The position numbers and the translations under genes were made by a program. This document shows positions 1 through 13,139 of a stretch of 64,000 nucleotides of DNA, piece by piece. The stretch covers positions 11,160,001 to 11,224,000 of the forward strand of contig OX597821.1 of assembly GCA_951406725.2 (NCBI GenBank), given 5' to 3'. Numbering within the stretch: position 1 is the first letter of the stretch; each line of letters opens with the position of its first letter. A model generated the notes under the pieces. It was not told where the DNA came from, searched no databases, and saw only the letters and a list, made by a program, of their open reading frames with translations. The DNA is from Octopus vulgaris. Lineage: Eukaryota.

Positions 1-2
1 CC

Positions 3-95
<93 letters not shown>

Positions 96-116
96 TATAT
101 GTTTATATATACATGC

Positions 117-155
<39 letters not shown>

Positions 156-190
156 CATACATATATACATACATGTTTATATACATATAT

Positions 191-830
191 AGTTGGAATT
201 TACAAAAAACAAAAGATGAAGACAGGTATGTAAACAACAAATAGGTGTATTACTTTAACGCGCGGGAAGGTGAGAAAGTATTTTACGTTTCGAGTCTACT
301 CTCTTCAACAGAAAGGAACATATTGATAAATAGAGAGAGAATAAAAAAGAAAGCTTTAGTAGCTAGTGGTCAATGATGGCGATGGCCGGACAGAGGTGGT
401 CAGACAGGAGAGCTAGAAATAATGGGAGATAAAGGGGATTATAGGGGTGGTATGGTTGGGATATGTAGGGATTCAGTAACGATGGAGGAGTGATGATGAA
501 GGGAGAGGGTGAAGGGGAGAAAGTGGATAGGAGTGAATAGAGGAAATAGTTGTCAGAGCAAGAGAAGAGAGGAGAAGAGAGGTGGGTGGGAGTGAAGAGA
601 GTATTAAGACGAGAGTCCAGATGGCTGTTGTGCAAGGACAATCCGTACACAGACAGGTGTTGTAAAGAATGACCGGTAGATAGGAGGTGGCGCGAGACCG
701 GGGTGTCGTTGCCGAGTCTGATGTCTCGGAGAATGGTGCGTTAGAGAGGTAGGGTGGAGGGGTGGAGGGGTTGTTGGTGAGGGGAAACGGGACATTATCA
801 AAATGTCATCGAGATATGCGATGGTGAGAT
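191..830 (-). mobile_element. Penelope-like pseudo-LTR / non-autonomous retroelement (family P1) ending in (TA)n, with variant hammerhead at 281-316
   Basis: Shares the end sequence tagttg(g/a)aatttacaaaa..caaaaga.gaag..gtgtatta and the ttacgtt(t/g)cgag motif with 8143-8250 and 34440-34545. The minus strand reads ctgttgaa-gag-agtaga-ctc-gaaac-gta. Confidence 0.55.
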
Positions 831-834
831 CGCA

Positions 835-2080
835 TTAATTTAACATTGCATCCATTATTTGTTGGAATATTGTGGGTGCCATTTTAACTCCAGATGGCAA
901 TCGTTTGAAATTGCACAATCCATGGTTCGTGTTGATTGTTAGTAGATGTGTACAATCTTCCCCTGGATGGATTTGAAGGTATGCTTGTGAGAGGTCTAAC
1001 CTCGAAAACAATTTCCCTCCGTTTAGTTTACCAAAAACATCTGTGCTTGGTTGTAGGTAATTGTGTGTGAGTAAACAATTGTTTAAGCCAGTCGAAAATC
1101 TGGGCACATTGTTAGCTTTTTTTTTTCTTGCGTAAACTGCCACTGCCGCCCAGTCTAGATGGTCAAGCTTTTCAATTATATTCCGGTTTTACAACCTTTT
1201 TAGTTGTTTATTGACCGGGTCTACCGCCACAAACGGCATGTTCCGTTTGGGCCTGAAAATAGGCGTTGAACATTCTTTGATAGCAATCCTTGCTTTCGTA
1301 TTTGAGCAATAGTTTAAACTATCCGAAAAAACTTTTGGGAAAGTTTCTTTCGATTTTGTAACAGTTCATCGACCTTGTTCGATAGTTTGACTGCTCGTTT
1401 ACGTTATTTTACAAAACGCTTATGGGTGAATCCCATAAATTAGATTTCTCCATACACTCGGTGCCAAATAAATTCAAGGATTTTTCAACACTCACTTTTT
1501 TTGGTTCGACCTTTGAACATTTGGTTTATCCATTTGCTCTCATGTTTTCTCATTGATGATTGTGATATCACTTCTCGTACATAATTGCCTTCTGACACTA
1601 GTGGTTTCAATTCTCATATTTACGAATTTTCTGTTTGTTGTAGTCATAACTTTTCTGCTGAAAAACTATTTATCTTGTCTTGTTTGTTTCAGTTTTCTAT
1701 CCTTCTAGGTTTGCAGTGCGATGTAAACCCACAGCTAAAACACGTTGCTTTCTTATACGGACACTCTTTTTTTCAGGTACATCCCACCACATGTAATACA
1801 TGAGTCTACATCCCGATATTTTTTCTCTTTTACCGGCAACATTTTTTCTTCCGACTTTTTTGGACTGGTCTTTTGTGAAAACACTCTTTCCTTTGAATTT
1901 CTTCCGATTCATGGCTTAATATTACTATGATGCCATACTCTTCCCACAGATTCTGCAATGTCAAATCATGGTTCATTTCCAGTTTTGCTACAAAATTCGT
2001 TCGAATTTCTGCATCCCTTTCATCTGTCAATCCTTGTGCAAAAATCAAACACTTGACAGAATATGGAGTACCATGCATTT
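835..2080 (-). pseudogene. Degenerate Ty3/Gypsy LTR-retrotransposon gag-protease-RT fragment
   Basis: RT motifs LNGGKLFSRLDLSQAYLQI, LLTINT..GL, RLPSGVKMAPTIFQQIMDAML (835-1143). Protease-like SDITIINEK near 1545-1575. Gag-like CLIFAQGLTDERDAEIRT (1830-2078). Frameshifts and stops throughout. Confidence 0.88.
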
Positions 2081-2347
2081 TTGCACTAATTTGCTAACGC
2101 TCTAATAGCTTCAAACACGCACTCATACACACAAACTCACAAAACAGAATTTGCTACTTAACTGTGACAAAATATTCTTAAATTCTTCATCATTTCATTC
2201 ATTAGTAAATAAGATCGTACTGAATTTTATAATTTTACAGTAACAGTAATGTTAGAGAAACGGAAGTTGAACGGGACCAGTTACTTAGTCGCTATTTAAT
2301 TTCATCTCTTTACTTTTTGATTGCAAATCTTAACAGAAGCAATTACC

Positions 2348-2575
2348 TCTTTCTTTACTGCCCACAAGGGGCTAAACACAGAATGGACAAACAAGGACAG
2401 ACAAACGGATTAAATCGATTACATCGACCCCAGTACGTAACTGGTACTTATTTAATCGACCCCGAAAGGATGAAAGGCAAAGTCGACCTCGGTGGAATTT
2501 GAACTCAGAATGAAACGGCAGACGAAATACGGCTACGCATTTCGCCCGGCGAGCTAACGTTTCTGCCAGCTCGCC
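2348..2575 (-). mobile_element. tRNA-derived SINE family B (Meta/Sauria-like central domain)
   Basis: Head ggcgagctggcagaa, B-box-like gagttcaaattcc, central gtcgactttgcctttcatcctttcggggtcgat..aagtaccag. 9-bp TSD gcaattacc at 2339-2347 and 2576-2584. Confidence 0.85.
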
Positions 2576-2643
2576 GCAATTACCGCCTTTCAGCTACCAA
2601 GCTCATAAAGCAATTACCGCCTTTCATCTACCAAGCTCATAAA
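2576..2643. repeat. 34-bp tandem duplication
   Basis: gcaattaccgcctttca(g/t)ctaccaagctcataaa occurs twice, with one mismatch. Confidence 0.9.
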
Positions 2644-3379
2644 ATAAATGCTGGTAATAACATTGCATGTGATTCTATTGGCCGTACTCCTTCTATAATA
2701 ACTTTTGCATTTCCAATCAACGTTAGAAATTGATATGAAGTGAAATTAAAGCGCTAATGTCAAATACTGCAAATCAACAATTTAAAAGATATAGTCATAA
2801 TGGAGCCTTTTCACGAACACTTGACTTGCAACAATTACCAGTAAAATTTCATTCAGACCACCAGCAATAGTTTCAGAAAATGAAGACACAATGAAGGACA
2901 CGGTTCAATTTGTACTGTATAGACGAAAAGCGATGGTTACGAATAAAATGTTTTGGCCACTGGGCTATAGCAGCATGGGTCACCTGCAAGAGCGAAACTA
3001 CATCAGCTATAATATCGCTGTATGCAGCTCAATAATTCTACATTCATTGTTCTCATTCTGCCAGAAATTGCTTTGCTTTTCAGCTCTTTAGGTTATTTTT
3101 CTTGTATGTCATTAGACACACTCTGATCAAACAATTTTATGATCGAAGGTTATTGGAAGTAACCACAAGGATTATATTCAGATTTTATGCTTTTTGAAGT
3201 ACTTTTTCAAATGAGTCAATCATATTTAAATACAATGGGGTGTTTCTACTTGTAAGTTTGATTTCAGTGTGGTTTGCTTACTTTTTCTAGCAAGTTACGT
3301 AGGCAGTAAATTTCAATTCTACTATAACGCGACAGAGATGAGTCTCACAAAAAAAAAACTACATAAGATATTTCAACAT

Positions 3380-3541
3380 GGCGCAGGAGTGGGTGTGTGG
3401 TAAGTAGCTTGCTAACCAACCACATGGTTCCGGGTTCAGTCCCACTGCGTGGCATCTTGCGCAAGTGTCTTCTGCTATAGCCCCGAGCCGACCAATGCCT
3501 TGTGAGTCGATTTGGTAGACGGAAACTGAAAGAAGCCTGTC

Positions 3542-3579
<38 letters not shown>

Positions 3580-3788
3580 TTGTGTGTCTGTGTTTGTCCC
3601 CGTATCATTGCTTGACAACCGATGCTGGTGTGTTTACGTCTCCGTCACTTAGCGGTTCGGCAAAAGAGACCGATAGAATAAGTACTGGGCTTACAAAGAA
3701 TAAGTCCCGGGGTCGATTTGCTCGACTAAAGGCGGTGCTCCAGCATGGCCGCAGTCAAATGACTGAAACAAGTAAAAGAGATAGAGTA
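3380..3788 (+). mobile_element. tRNA-derived SINE family A, full length, with internal (TA)n(TG)n tract
   Basis: A box-like gtgg.tgtgtggtaa, B box gggttcagtccc, CORE-like cttgcgcaagt, tail aagtaaaagag. Near-identical to copies at 15.3, 30.1, 35.6, 46.2 and 60.0 kb. Confidence 0.92.
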
Positions 3789-3939
3789 TACAAAGAGTGT
3801 TTTGAATTTCAGTTTAAATATATAGAGAGAGCATAACTGGAAAATTACGAAACAAAATGCAACAATCAATAAGCTCAGAATTTTTTTTTACTTAACCTTT
3901 AGAATTCTCTAGTTTATTTGCAATAAAATTCTGCATATA

Positions 3940-4115
3940 GGCGCAGGTCTCGCTGTGTGGTAAGGAGTTTGTTTTCCAGCCATATGTCTTCTGATACTGC
4001 CCCTTTAGTGATACCTCAGGCAAGTATCTTCCACTATAACCGAGGGCTATACTGGAAGATACTTTGTAAGTGGATTCAGTAAAGTAGTAAAGGGAACCTG
4101 AAATAAGCCCATCGT
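3940..4115 (+). mobile_element. Diverged 5' half of SINE family A
   Basis: ggcgcagg..gctgtgtggtaagg...ggcaagtatcttccactata...aagcccatcgt, followed by (TA)n. Confidence 0.65.
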
Positions 4116-4120
4116 GTATA

Positions 4121-4195
<75 letters not shown>

Positions 4196-4199
<4 letters not shown>

Positions 4200-4530
4200 G
4201 AAGGAGCTCCTACAGGACCAGAACTGTTTCATTCAAGAGATATCTTCAGGAAGCTAGTTAACAAGAATTGTATTGGCATTTATACATTTAGGCAGGTTTA
4301 AAGGGGTGGTGGTGGGGGACTTTTTGGGGGTAGGCATAGCGCAAAAAAATCATACTTGGGGGAGTGGTCAAGGAGTCAGTGGTAAATTAGATAGAAGAAT
4401 AAATAAAAGAATAAAAAAAGAATAAAAAAATATAAAAATATAAAATTATATAGAAGAATAGAGTTTTAGGTAAATAAGGAAATTCTCAACACACACACAT
4501 ATACATACACACATACATACACACACACCC

Positions 4531-4565
<35 letters not shown>

Positions 4566-4814
4566 TATACATACATATATCCACATATATATATATACAT
4601 ATATATACATATACATATACATACATACACACATACATGCATATACATATACACACCCACACGACCACACATACACATACACACAAAAAAAATATATACA
4701 TACACACACGTACACATACTCACATACACACACATATCCACATACACACATGCACCCACAACACGCAAGTCCCTATATACTCATATATACACATATACAC
4801 ATATATGTATGTAT

Positions 4815-4830
<16 letters not shown>
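4196..4830 (-). repeat. Left arm of ~640-bp inverted duplication (Penelope-like terminal repeat, family P2)
   Basis: Reverse complement of ~7395-8046, e.g. gagttttaggtaaataaggaaattctcaac versus gttgagaatttccttatttacctaaaactc. Confidence 0.9.
4205..4255 (-). ncRNA. Type I hammerhead ribozyme-like motif (inverted twin of 7986-8036)
   Basis: Minus strand: agcttc-CTGAAGA-tatctcttgaat-GAAAcag-ttctggtc-ctGTA-ggagct. Stem II is weak. Confidence 0.55.
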
Positions 4831-4889
<59 letters not shown>

Positions 4890-5645
4890 CATACATATAC
4901 ATACATATGTGTACCCATTCATACACATATATGTATGTATACACACACACACACATACATATATATACACATACACACATACATATGTGTACCTATTCAT
5001 ACCTACACATACACACATATATACATACAATTACAAACCCATTCCCTAATTTTAATTTTATTATCTTCATTTATTACTTCTGTTATCTTTGACCGCTGGT
5101 CACAAACATCTTGGCTAGTCCCTTTTATCTTTCTACTTGAGCACAAGCACTCACTCACGCACGCACACTCATTAGCACGCACACACACTCTCATTCGTAC
5201 ACTCATACACATACACGCACGCACGCGTTATATTCATACAAACATACATCTACATACATACACGTATATACACATACATACGCGTACCTACAGATTCATG
5301 TCTACAATCTTAGAAGACTAGTCTATACATATACACCAAATATATATACACACATACATATACACCTACATACAAATACATACATACGTTTATATATATA
5401 CACACATATATATATATACATACACACACACATACATATATATATATATACATACATATATATATACACATATATACATATATATACATATACATATATA
5501 TATACACACATCCGCATACATACATACATACATACACCCATACATATATACATATATACACACATACACACACCCACACGTATACATATACATACATATA
5601 CGCGCATGCATACACATACAAATACATACACATACACATATACAT

Positions 5646-5686
<41 letters not shown>

Positions 5687-5779
5687 CACATACATACATA
5701 TACATACATACATATACATATATACACACACACATACATACACATATACACATACACGCACATACACATATACTTGCAT

Positions 5780-5838
<59 letters not shown>

Positions 5839-5894
5839 TATATACATACATATATACACACACATACACATATGTACACATACACACACATATT

Positions 5895-5936
<42 letters not shown>

Positions 5937-6400
5937 TATACACACACATATATATACATACACACACACATATACATACACACACATACATATATATATA
6001 TATACATACACACACACACATATATATACCCACACCTACACATACACACATATATATACATATATACATACATATACACACATACACACACACATATATG
6101 TACATACATATACATACACATACATATACATATACACATGCACATACGTATAACTCTACATACCCACATATACATATACATACGTATAACTCTACATACC
6201 CACATATACATATATACATATATATATATATACACACATATATATATATATACACACACATATATATACACACATACATGCGCACACATACACACACATA
6301 TATATACCCATCTACAATCTGTATATACACACACATACATACATGCACATACACATAACTCTACATACCCACATATACATCGACATACTCGCGTACACTC

Positions 6401-6436
<36 letters not shown>

Positions 6437-6831
6437 GTACATATACACACATATACATATATATATATATACACACACATATATATATAAATAAATATAT
6501 ATATATATATACACACGCACACATATATATATATATATTCACATATATATATATATATATATACACACACATATATATACACACATACATGCGCACACAT
6601 ACACACATATATATACCCATCTACAATCTGTATATACACACACATACATACATGCACATACACATAACTCTACATACCCACATATACATCGACATACTCG
6701 CGTACACTCATATATATATATATATATATACACACACACGTACATATACACACATATACATATATATATATATACACACACATATATATATAAATAAATA
6801 TATATATATATATACACACGCACACATATAC

Positions 6832-6862
<31 letters not shown>

Positions 6863-6931
6863 TACACATACATATACACATATACATACATATATACACA
6901 TATATATATACATATATATATATACATATAC

Positions 6932-7007
<76 letters not shown>

Positions 7008-7297
7008 ACAATTGAGGGTAAAGTTAATTAGTTATTAATCAAATTCACCAAGTATTCAGTATGTAAAAGTACCATTATTTTTTTGAGTAAACATTGTCTG
7101 AGAGAAAATTTTCTTTAAGTAGTGGAAAAGGCTAAAAAACTTATTTGGCTGCTATTTCTAGAAAGTTCAGTATGTGGCAAAGTAATTTATTTTACTAAGC
7201 CCTAATTATATAATATTTTATATATACATACACATACACACACACATACATATACACATACATATGCATACACACACATATACATATATACATACAC

Positions 7298-7335
<38 letters not shown>

Positions 7336-7350
7336 TTTTTTTACATACAT

Positions 7351-7410
<60 letters not shown>

Positions 7411-7750
7411 ATACATACATATATGTGTATATGTGTATATATGAGTATATAGGGACTTGTGTGTTGTGGGTGCATGTGTGTATGTGGATATGTGTGTATA
7501 TGTGAGTATGTGTACGTGTGTGTATGTATATATTTTTTTTGTGTGTATGTGTATGTGTGGTCGTGTGTGTGTATATATACATGTGTGTGTGTGTATATGT
7601 ATATGCATGTATGTGTGTATGTATGTATATGTATATGTATATATATGTATATATATATATATGTGGATATATGTATGTATATGTGTGTGTGTATATATAT
7701 ATATATATATGGGTGTGTGTGTATGTATGTGTATATGTATATGTGTGTGT
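4480..7750. repeat. Compound (TA)n/(CA)n/(TACA)n microsatellite field
   Basis: Directly visible. It is the source of the spurious [12 protein letters not shown] ORFs. Confidence 0.95.
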
Positions 7751-8046
7751 GTTGAGAATTTCCTTATTTACCTAAAACTCTATTCTTCTATATAATTTTA
7801 TATTTTTATATTTTTTATTCTTTTTTTATTCTTTTATTTATTCTTCTATCTAATTTACCACTGACTCCTTGACCACTCCCCCAAGTATGATTTTTTTGCG
7901 CTCTGCCTACCCCCAAAAAAGTCCCCCACCACCACCCCTTTAAACCTGCCTAAATGTATAAATGCCAATACAATTCTTGTTAACTAGCTTCCTGAAGATT
8001 TCTCTTGAATGAAACAGTTCTAGTCCTGTAGAAGCTCCTTCTATAT
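7395..8046 (+). repeat. Right arm of inverted duplication (family P2)
   Basis: Reverse complement of 4196-4830 with few substitutions in the unique part. Confidence 0.9.
7986..8036 (+). ncRNA. Type I hammerhead ribozyme
   Basis: Stem I agcttc/gaagct (6 bp), core CTGAAGA, stem II ttc-tctt-gaa, GAAA, stem III acag/ctgt, GUA cleavage triplet at 8028-8030. Confidence 0.68.
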
Positions 8047-8142
8047 AATAAATTAATTTTACTCTGCTATGTATTGAGTACCTTATTTACTGTGGTTAAC
8101 CCCGAATCAACCCGGGACCTACATATATATATATATATATAT

Positions 8143-8850
8143 AGTTGAAATTTACAAAATAACAAAAGACGAAGGTGTATGAACAACAAGTAAGTGTATT
8201 AGTTTGACGCTCGGGAAAGTGAATGCCTTTTACGTTGCGAGCCTATGCACAGACAGAGAATAACAAATTGTATAGATCTAGCAATCAAACATGGCGACTG
8301 GTCGCGGAAAAATATGTTTGACAGGAGAGGTAGAAAGAAGGGGGATAATAAAGTATTGGCGATCCCAAAATGAAGGTGCACGTGCGTTTGTGTCTGTGTG
8401 TGTGTGGATAGGGGCTAGTGATTTTGATGTGTATGCATATTGCGTGTGTGTGTGCATCTGTAATGTGTGGGTGTGTGGATGATGGGTTGGGTGTGCGGAT
8501 GATGGTTTGTGGATGTGCAGATGATGGGTGCTGGGAAGTGGTCAGTCCTAGTGCATGTGGAGTGGTGTGGGGTGGTGTGATGTGGTGTCATGGTGTGTGG
8601 AGTTGGTGGGATTGAAGTGTGAAGTGGGTATAGGCTCGGGATGTGGGTATGGGATGGGGATGTGGGTGGGGTGGAAGGGGTACCAATGAAGAGAGAAGAT
8701 GCGTAGGAGTGAACAGAGGAAATGTGTCAGAGGAAGAGAGGAAAGGAGAGGAGAGATGGGTAGAAGTGAAGACAGGAATACGCGTTCGATGAAGAGAGGA
8801 GAGGAGGAAAATCAGACGTAGAGAGGAGGGGAGATACAGATGTGTATGTT
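8143..8850 (-). mobile_element. Penelope-like pseudo-LTR relic (family P1)
   Basis: Same terminus as 191-330 next to (TA)n, a decayed ttacgttgcgagcc hammerhead remnant, and a similar GT/GA-rich body. Confidence 0.5.
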
Positions 8851-8926
8851 TCTGTCACAGTGTCTACGTTTGTCTTTCACTGCTTAACAATCGGTGACGT
8901 AAAAACAATAACACCGATTGTTAATA

Positions 8927-9087
8927 ACAGGCTTCTTTCAGTCTCCGTCTACCAAATCCACTCACAAGGCATAGGTCGGCCCGGGGCTATAGCAGAAGAC
9001 ACTTGCCCAAGATGCCACGCAGTGGGACTGAACCCGGAACCATGTGGTTGGTTAGCAAGCTACTTACCACACAGCCACTCCTGCGCC
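8927..9087 (-). mobile_element. SINE family A, 5' half
   Basis: acaggcttctttcagt...cacagccactcctgcgcc matches the family A head. Confidence 0.9.
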
Positions 9088-9366
9088 TACTGTAACAGAT
9101 AAAAGGTAAAAGTTACCCATAGTGGTCATGTTAGACCTGCGTTTAGCAAACGTGTTTTTATTATTGCCTCTTTCCTTCGATTCGAAAATCCACAATATTT
9201 TAATGTACTTGCGGGTAAATTTGGGACACAGTAATTTAACTGCATATACTAGTTTCAGGTGGGTGACTGCATGCAGACCATCTTCCTGCTTTAAGCGAAT
9301 ATTATAACTGTATATGTTAAATATTCCGTTTCGTTTATCAACGTCATCACACTTCTAAGTCTGTTA

Positions 9367-9705
9367 GTGTGGAGGCGGAATGGCCCAGTGGTAAGGGCAG
9401 CGGTCGTAGGATCGCGGTTTCGATTCCCAGACCGGACGTTGTGAGTGTTTATTGAGCGAAAAGACCTAAAGCTCCACGAGGCTCCGGCAGGGATGGTGGT
9501 GATCCCTGCTGTACTCTTTCACCACAACTTTCTCACACTCTTACTTCCTGTTTCTGTTGTACCTGTATTTCAAATATATCCCCGAGAACTACGTTAAGGG
9601 TACACGTGTCTGTGGAGTGCTCAGCCACTTACACGTTAATTTCACGAGCAGGCTGTTCCGTTGATCGGATCAACCGGAACCCTCATCGTCGTAACCGACG
9701 GAATG
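9367..9705 (+). mobile_element. tRNA-derived SINE family C with 15-bp TSD
   Basis: A box tggcccagtggtaa, B box ggtttcgattccc. TSD cttctaagtctgtta at 9352-9366 and 9706-9720. Confidence 0.88.
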
Positions 9706-9894
9706 CTTCTAAGTCTGTTATTAGTGCAGATGAGGAGTATTGCTATTTTCCTAATTTGTTTCTGTGTGTGCGTGCACGTGGTGTGTGTGAAAGTGGCAGA
9801 TAAAGCTCCTTATGATGAACCTCCCATATTCCTTCTCCTTCTCCTCTCCTCCGCTTCCTCCTACTTATTTTCTTCCTACCCCTCCTCTCCTCCT

Positions 9895-10130
9895 CCTCAT
9901 CATCATCATCATCATCGTCATCACCATTATCATCATCATGTATCGCCTTGTCTCAATATGGCATGGGTTGGCAAAATTTGAGGCGTCCAATGTTTGCGTC
10001 CTGCAACAATGCCTAGTTTGGAATGGTTTCTAGCGCTAGATGAGCTTCCAAACGCCAACCAACTTACTGAGTGTATTTGGTGTTCTATAAGTGGCATATG
10101 CACCAACAGTGATTTCCTCATAACCTACTA
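9895..10130 (-). mobile_element. Decayed RTE-associated short retroelement with (GAT)n tail
   Basis: (CAT)n followed by atggcatgggttgg and gtttctagcgctagatgagcttccaaacgccaacc, resembling RTE-type 3' ends. Confidence 0.45.
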
Positions 10131-10929
10131 TGATATGGGCCTTATGTGGCTCCAATAATTCAGGGATAGCAGAACTGAGTGTACGTGGTGTTTCTAGTAC
10201 GTTGTTTTAAAAGTTGATATTTAAGTAGAAATCAAAGATTAATAAATTCATTCGGATTTACCCTTCTCCTACCTAGTAGCCATATAAATTATATCATATT
10301 CAGTGGGTGATACCACCTAGATATTATCTGAAACTAAAATATGGAAATTTATGAAGTAATGAAATACGATTTAATTTTATTCTTCAAACCATTTTATTCT
10401 TCGAAGATGTTTCATCGATATTGTTAATATAACACAAGTGCAACTGTTGCAGTTCAACCGTTTTAATACCAAATGCCCAACACAGCGGATGGTTACACGA
10501 TGGCGATGTCAGATTTTTGTTTTAAGGTGATCTGACTTTAAAATTCTCAACAATAGTGAGTTATATCACAAAATGCTTTATTATATTCACATTTAATTGA
10601 AACAAAGGCAGCGTATTTCAACAAGCACCATGAAACATTTTCTAAAAACCTTTGAATTCCACATGAACTTCAAAAACAAAATGTATATTAAACGTGGATT
10701 TTCTGCAATTTCTCCAAGTTTCAATATTTCGGTGAGTGAGAAAAACCTAGTCTCCAGGTATATTTTTTATTATCACCATCTTATCGTCACCTCAAGACTG
10801 GTACACACTTCACCGCACTTATCAAAATATAAATATCATTATGCAAATGTAATGTTTTAGATTCCTATAAAGCGGAGAGATGTCATAACCAGAAGCAAAT
10901 TTCTTCTATCTTTGTGTTGTGATTCCAAA

Positions 10930-11060
10930 TACCAATTTAGCCGAAGTCAACATCGCGTTTCATCTTTTCGGATAAAATAAGCACCAGTTGAGTACAGAAG
11001 TCAATGTAATCGAATTACACCCCACCCGACGTCGCTGGTATTGTGCCAAAATTTTAAACA
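10930..11060 (+). mobile_element. Diverged SINE family B fragment
   Basis: gccgaagtcaac...tttcatcttttcggataaaataagcaccag...gtgccaaaattt. Confidence 0.6.
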
Positions 11061-11539
11061 AATATTTTATATCTATTGGTATAGAATAAAAATATAGAGC
11101 TGTTAACCGATATACGCGAGATTTTTTTGTCATTTCCAATTTCTTTATTATGATATAATTTGTACATTTTATTTAATTATATTTACCTTAATTACGTTGA
11201 ATTCAACCAGCATTAGAATCCCGCAAGTATAGATATATAATTACCAACCAATATTCGTTTTCATGTTTTTTTGTGTTTATTTGTTTTTGTTGTTTTCTTT
11301 TGTTGATTATTTGTGAGTATTTATATTTATTAAATAAAATACATACCACTTTTAAGTAAATTACTTTTTCGAAGAATTCAGAATGAAAAATTATCTGAAG
11401 TTTAACTGAATTCAGCTTGTATCTCTACCATGCGAGAGCGAGCGCACGTGTATGTGTACACATGTGCATGAGCACGTATGTGTATGTGTGCATGCATGGC
11501 TTTGCGTACCTATATTTAATGTATATACATATATACACA

Positions 11540-11577
<38 letters not shown>

Positions 11578-11638
11578 TATTATGTATGTACATATGTATA
11601 TGTGTATATGTTTACATAAATGTGTATATATATGTATA

Positions 11639-11690
<52 letters not shown>

Positions 11691-11915
11691 TACATATATA
11701 TACATATATATATGTATATATGCATATATGTGTGGGGTGTATGCATGTATGTACTTGCATATGTATATTTAATGTGTGTAAGTACACATATATGCATGGA
11801 TATATATACATAAATATAAAAATATAAACGTATATATTTACATATATACAAGCATACATACATAAATACATACCTACATACATATATACATATATATATA
11901 CATACACACACACAC

Positions 11916-11967
<52 letters not shown>

Positions 11968-12466
11968 GTTTGTATAAAAAACTTTCGAAGTAAGCAAACT
12001 AGATTAATGCCTGTAGTTAACCTATTTACGCACATTTTTTTAAAAACGAATACCTTTTGAAATGTTTTCTTTTAAATTCTAAATTACTTTTATGTTATAC
12101 GAGATTAAATACGATAATTTTTTTATTATTATTCTTTTAATGATCTTAATTATTCCATCTGGGTAAAAGAAATTGCGATATGTGAGCAACATCATCAAAC
12201 AAAAACAATTTCCCAATTTTGAAAGTACAGTAATCTGAATTGGTTTTGCTTCAAGCTTTCTAACCTAAATGAAGACATTTTGCACTGAAGGAGAAGATAA
12301 GGCTTTCGGCTCTCGCTACATTCCTCTATTCCTGGATGTAATGATCAGAATATAGTTCACTGAGGTCTAGTAACACGAATACTATTTATTGCTGTTAACG
12401 GTTATCTTTAAAGATCAGATTCACTTCAATCTACATTATGTGTAGATCTATTATCGCCTCTATACA

Positions 12467-12544
<78 letters not shown>

Positions 12545-13139
12545 TAGAAATAAAAATTATATATAAAGAAACAAGAACGTGAAATACACAAAGGGACGAA
12601 CACAGAAAACAGACGGGTCATTCGAAGCATTTAATCTTCAGTCAGAAACCGGATCACCATAGCAAATTTCGGCTGATTAATTCTGATATTTGCTCCAACG
12701 CGGCCAGCCCCAAGGAAAAACTGAGCTGTGAGCATTAGATTTCTAGGAAAAAGGAACGAATATAAATACAAAAAACGAAAACAAAAATAAAAATAAAAAC
12801 AAGAATGGTTAATAACAGGATAACAGCAGGTGTCTTACGACTTTAGACAAAATGAGACAAATATAACTTATCTAGCAGGCGTGTTTGGAAAAAATTGCCT
12901 TTTCGGCATCACATATACACACATATGCATACACGAATACACATACATACATATACACGCACATATGCACAGATGCATATACACACGAATATGATTAGAT
13001 GGTTGTGATATTCGAGTGTAATTGAGGAATTAGATAGGGATTAGGAGTTAAAATGTAGTTTTATAAGGTTATTGGGATTACCTACGGGCTATTGTAGAAA
13101 TGTACTGTGTGGTCGTTTAGGCATTTGGATTTGCGGTCG

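Noticed and set aside
2576-2643. Short direct repeats suggestive of a CRISPR-like array
   Set aside because: Only two adjacent units with no spacers, in a eukaryotic context.
3380-3450. tRNA-like A and B boxes in SINE heads (also 9375, 33716, 56186)
   Set aside because: No complete cloverleaf, and each continues into a SINE body, so these are not tRNA genes.
4446-7795. Many long ORFs (up to 343 aa) rich in Y/I/H/T or V/C/M
   Set aside because: They are translations of stop-free TA/CA microsatellites in several frames on both strands, not genes.
12610-12690. Minus-strand ctgaaga / cgaaa motifs near a TA-terminated repeat
   Set aside because: Could not be folded into a valid hammerhead topology.
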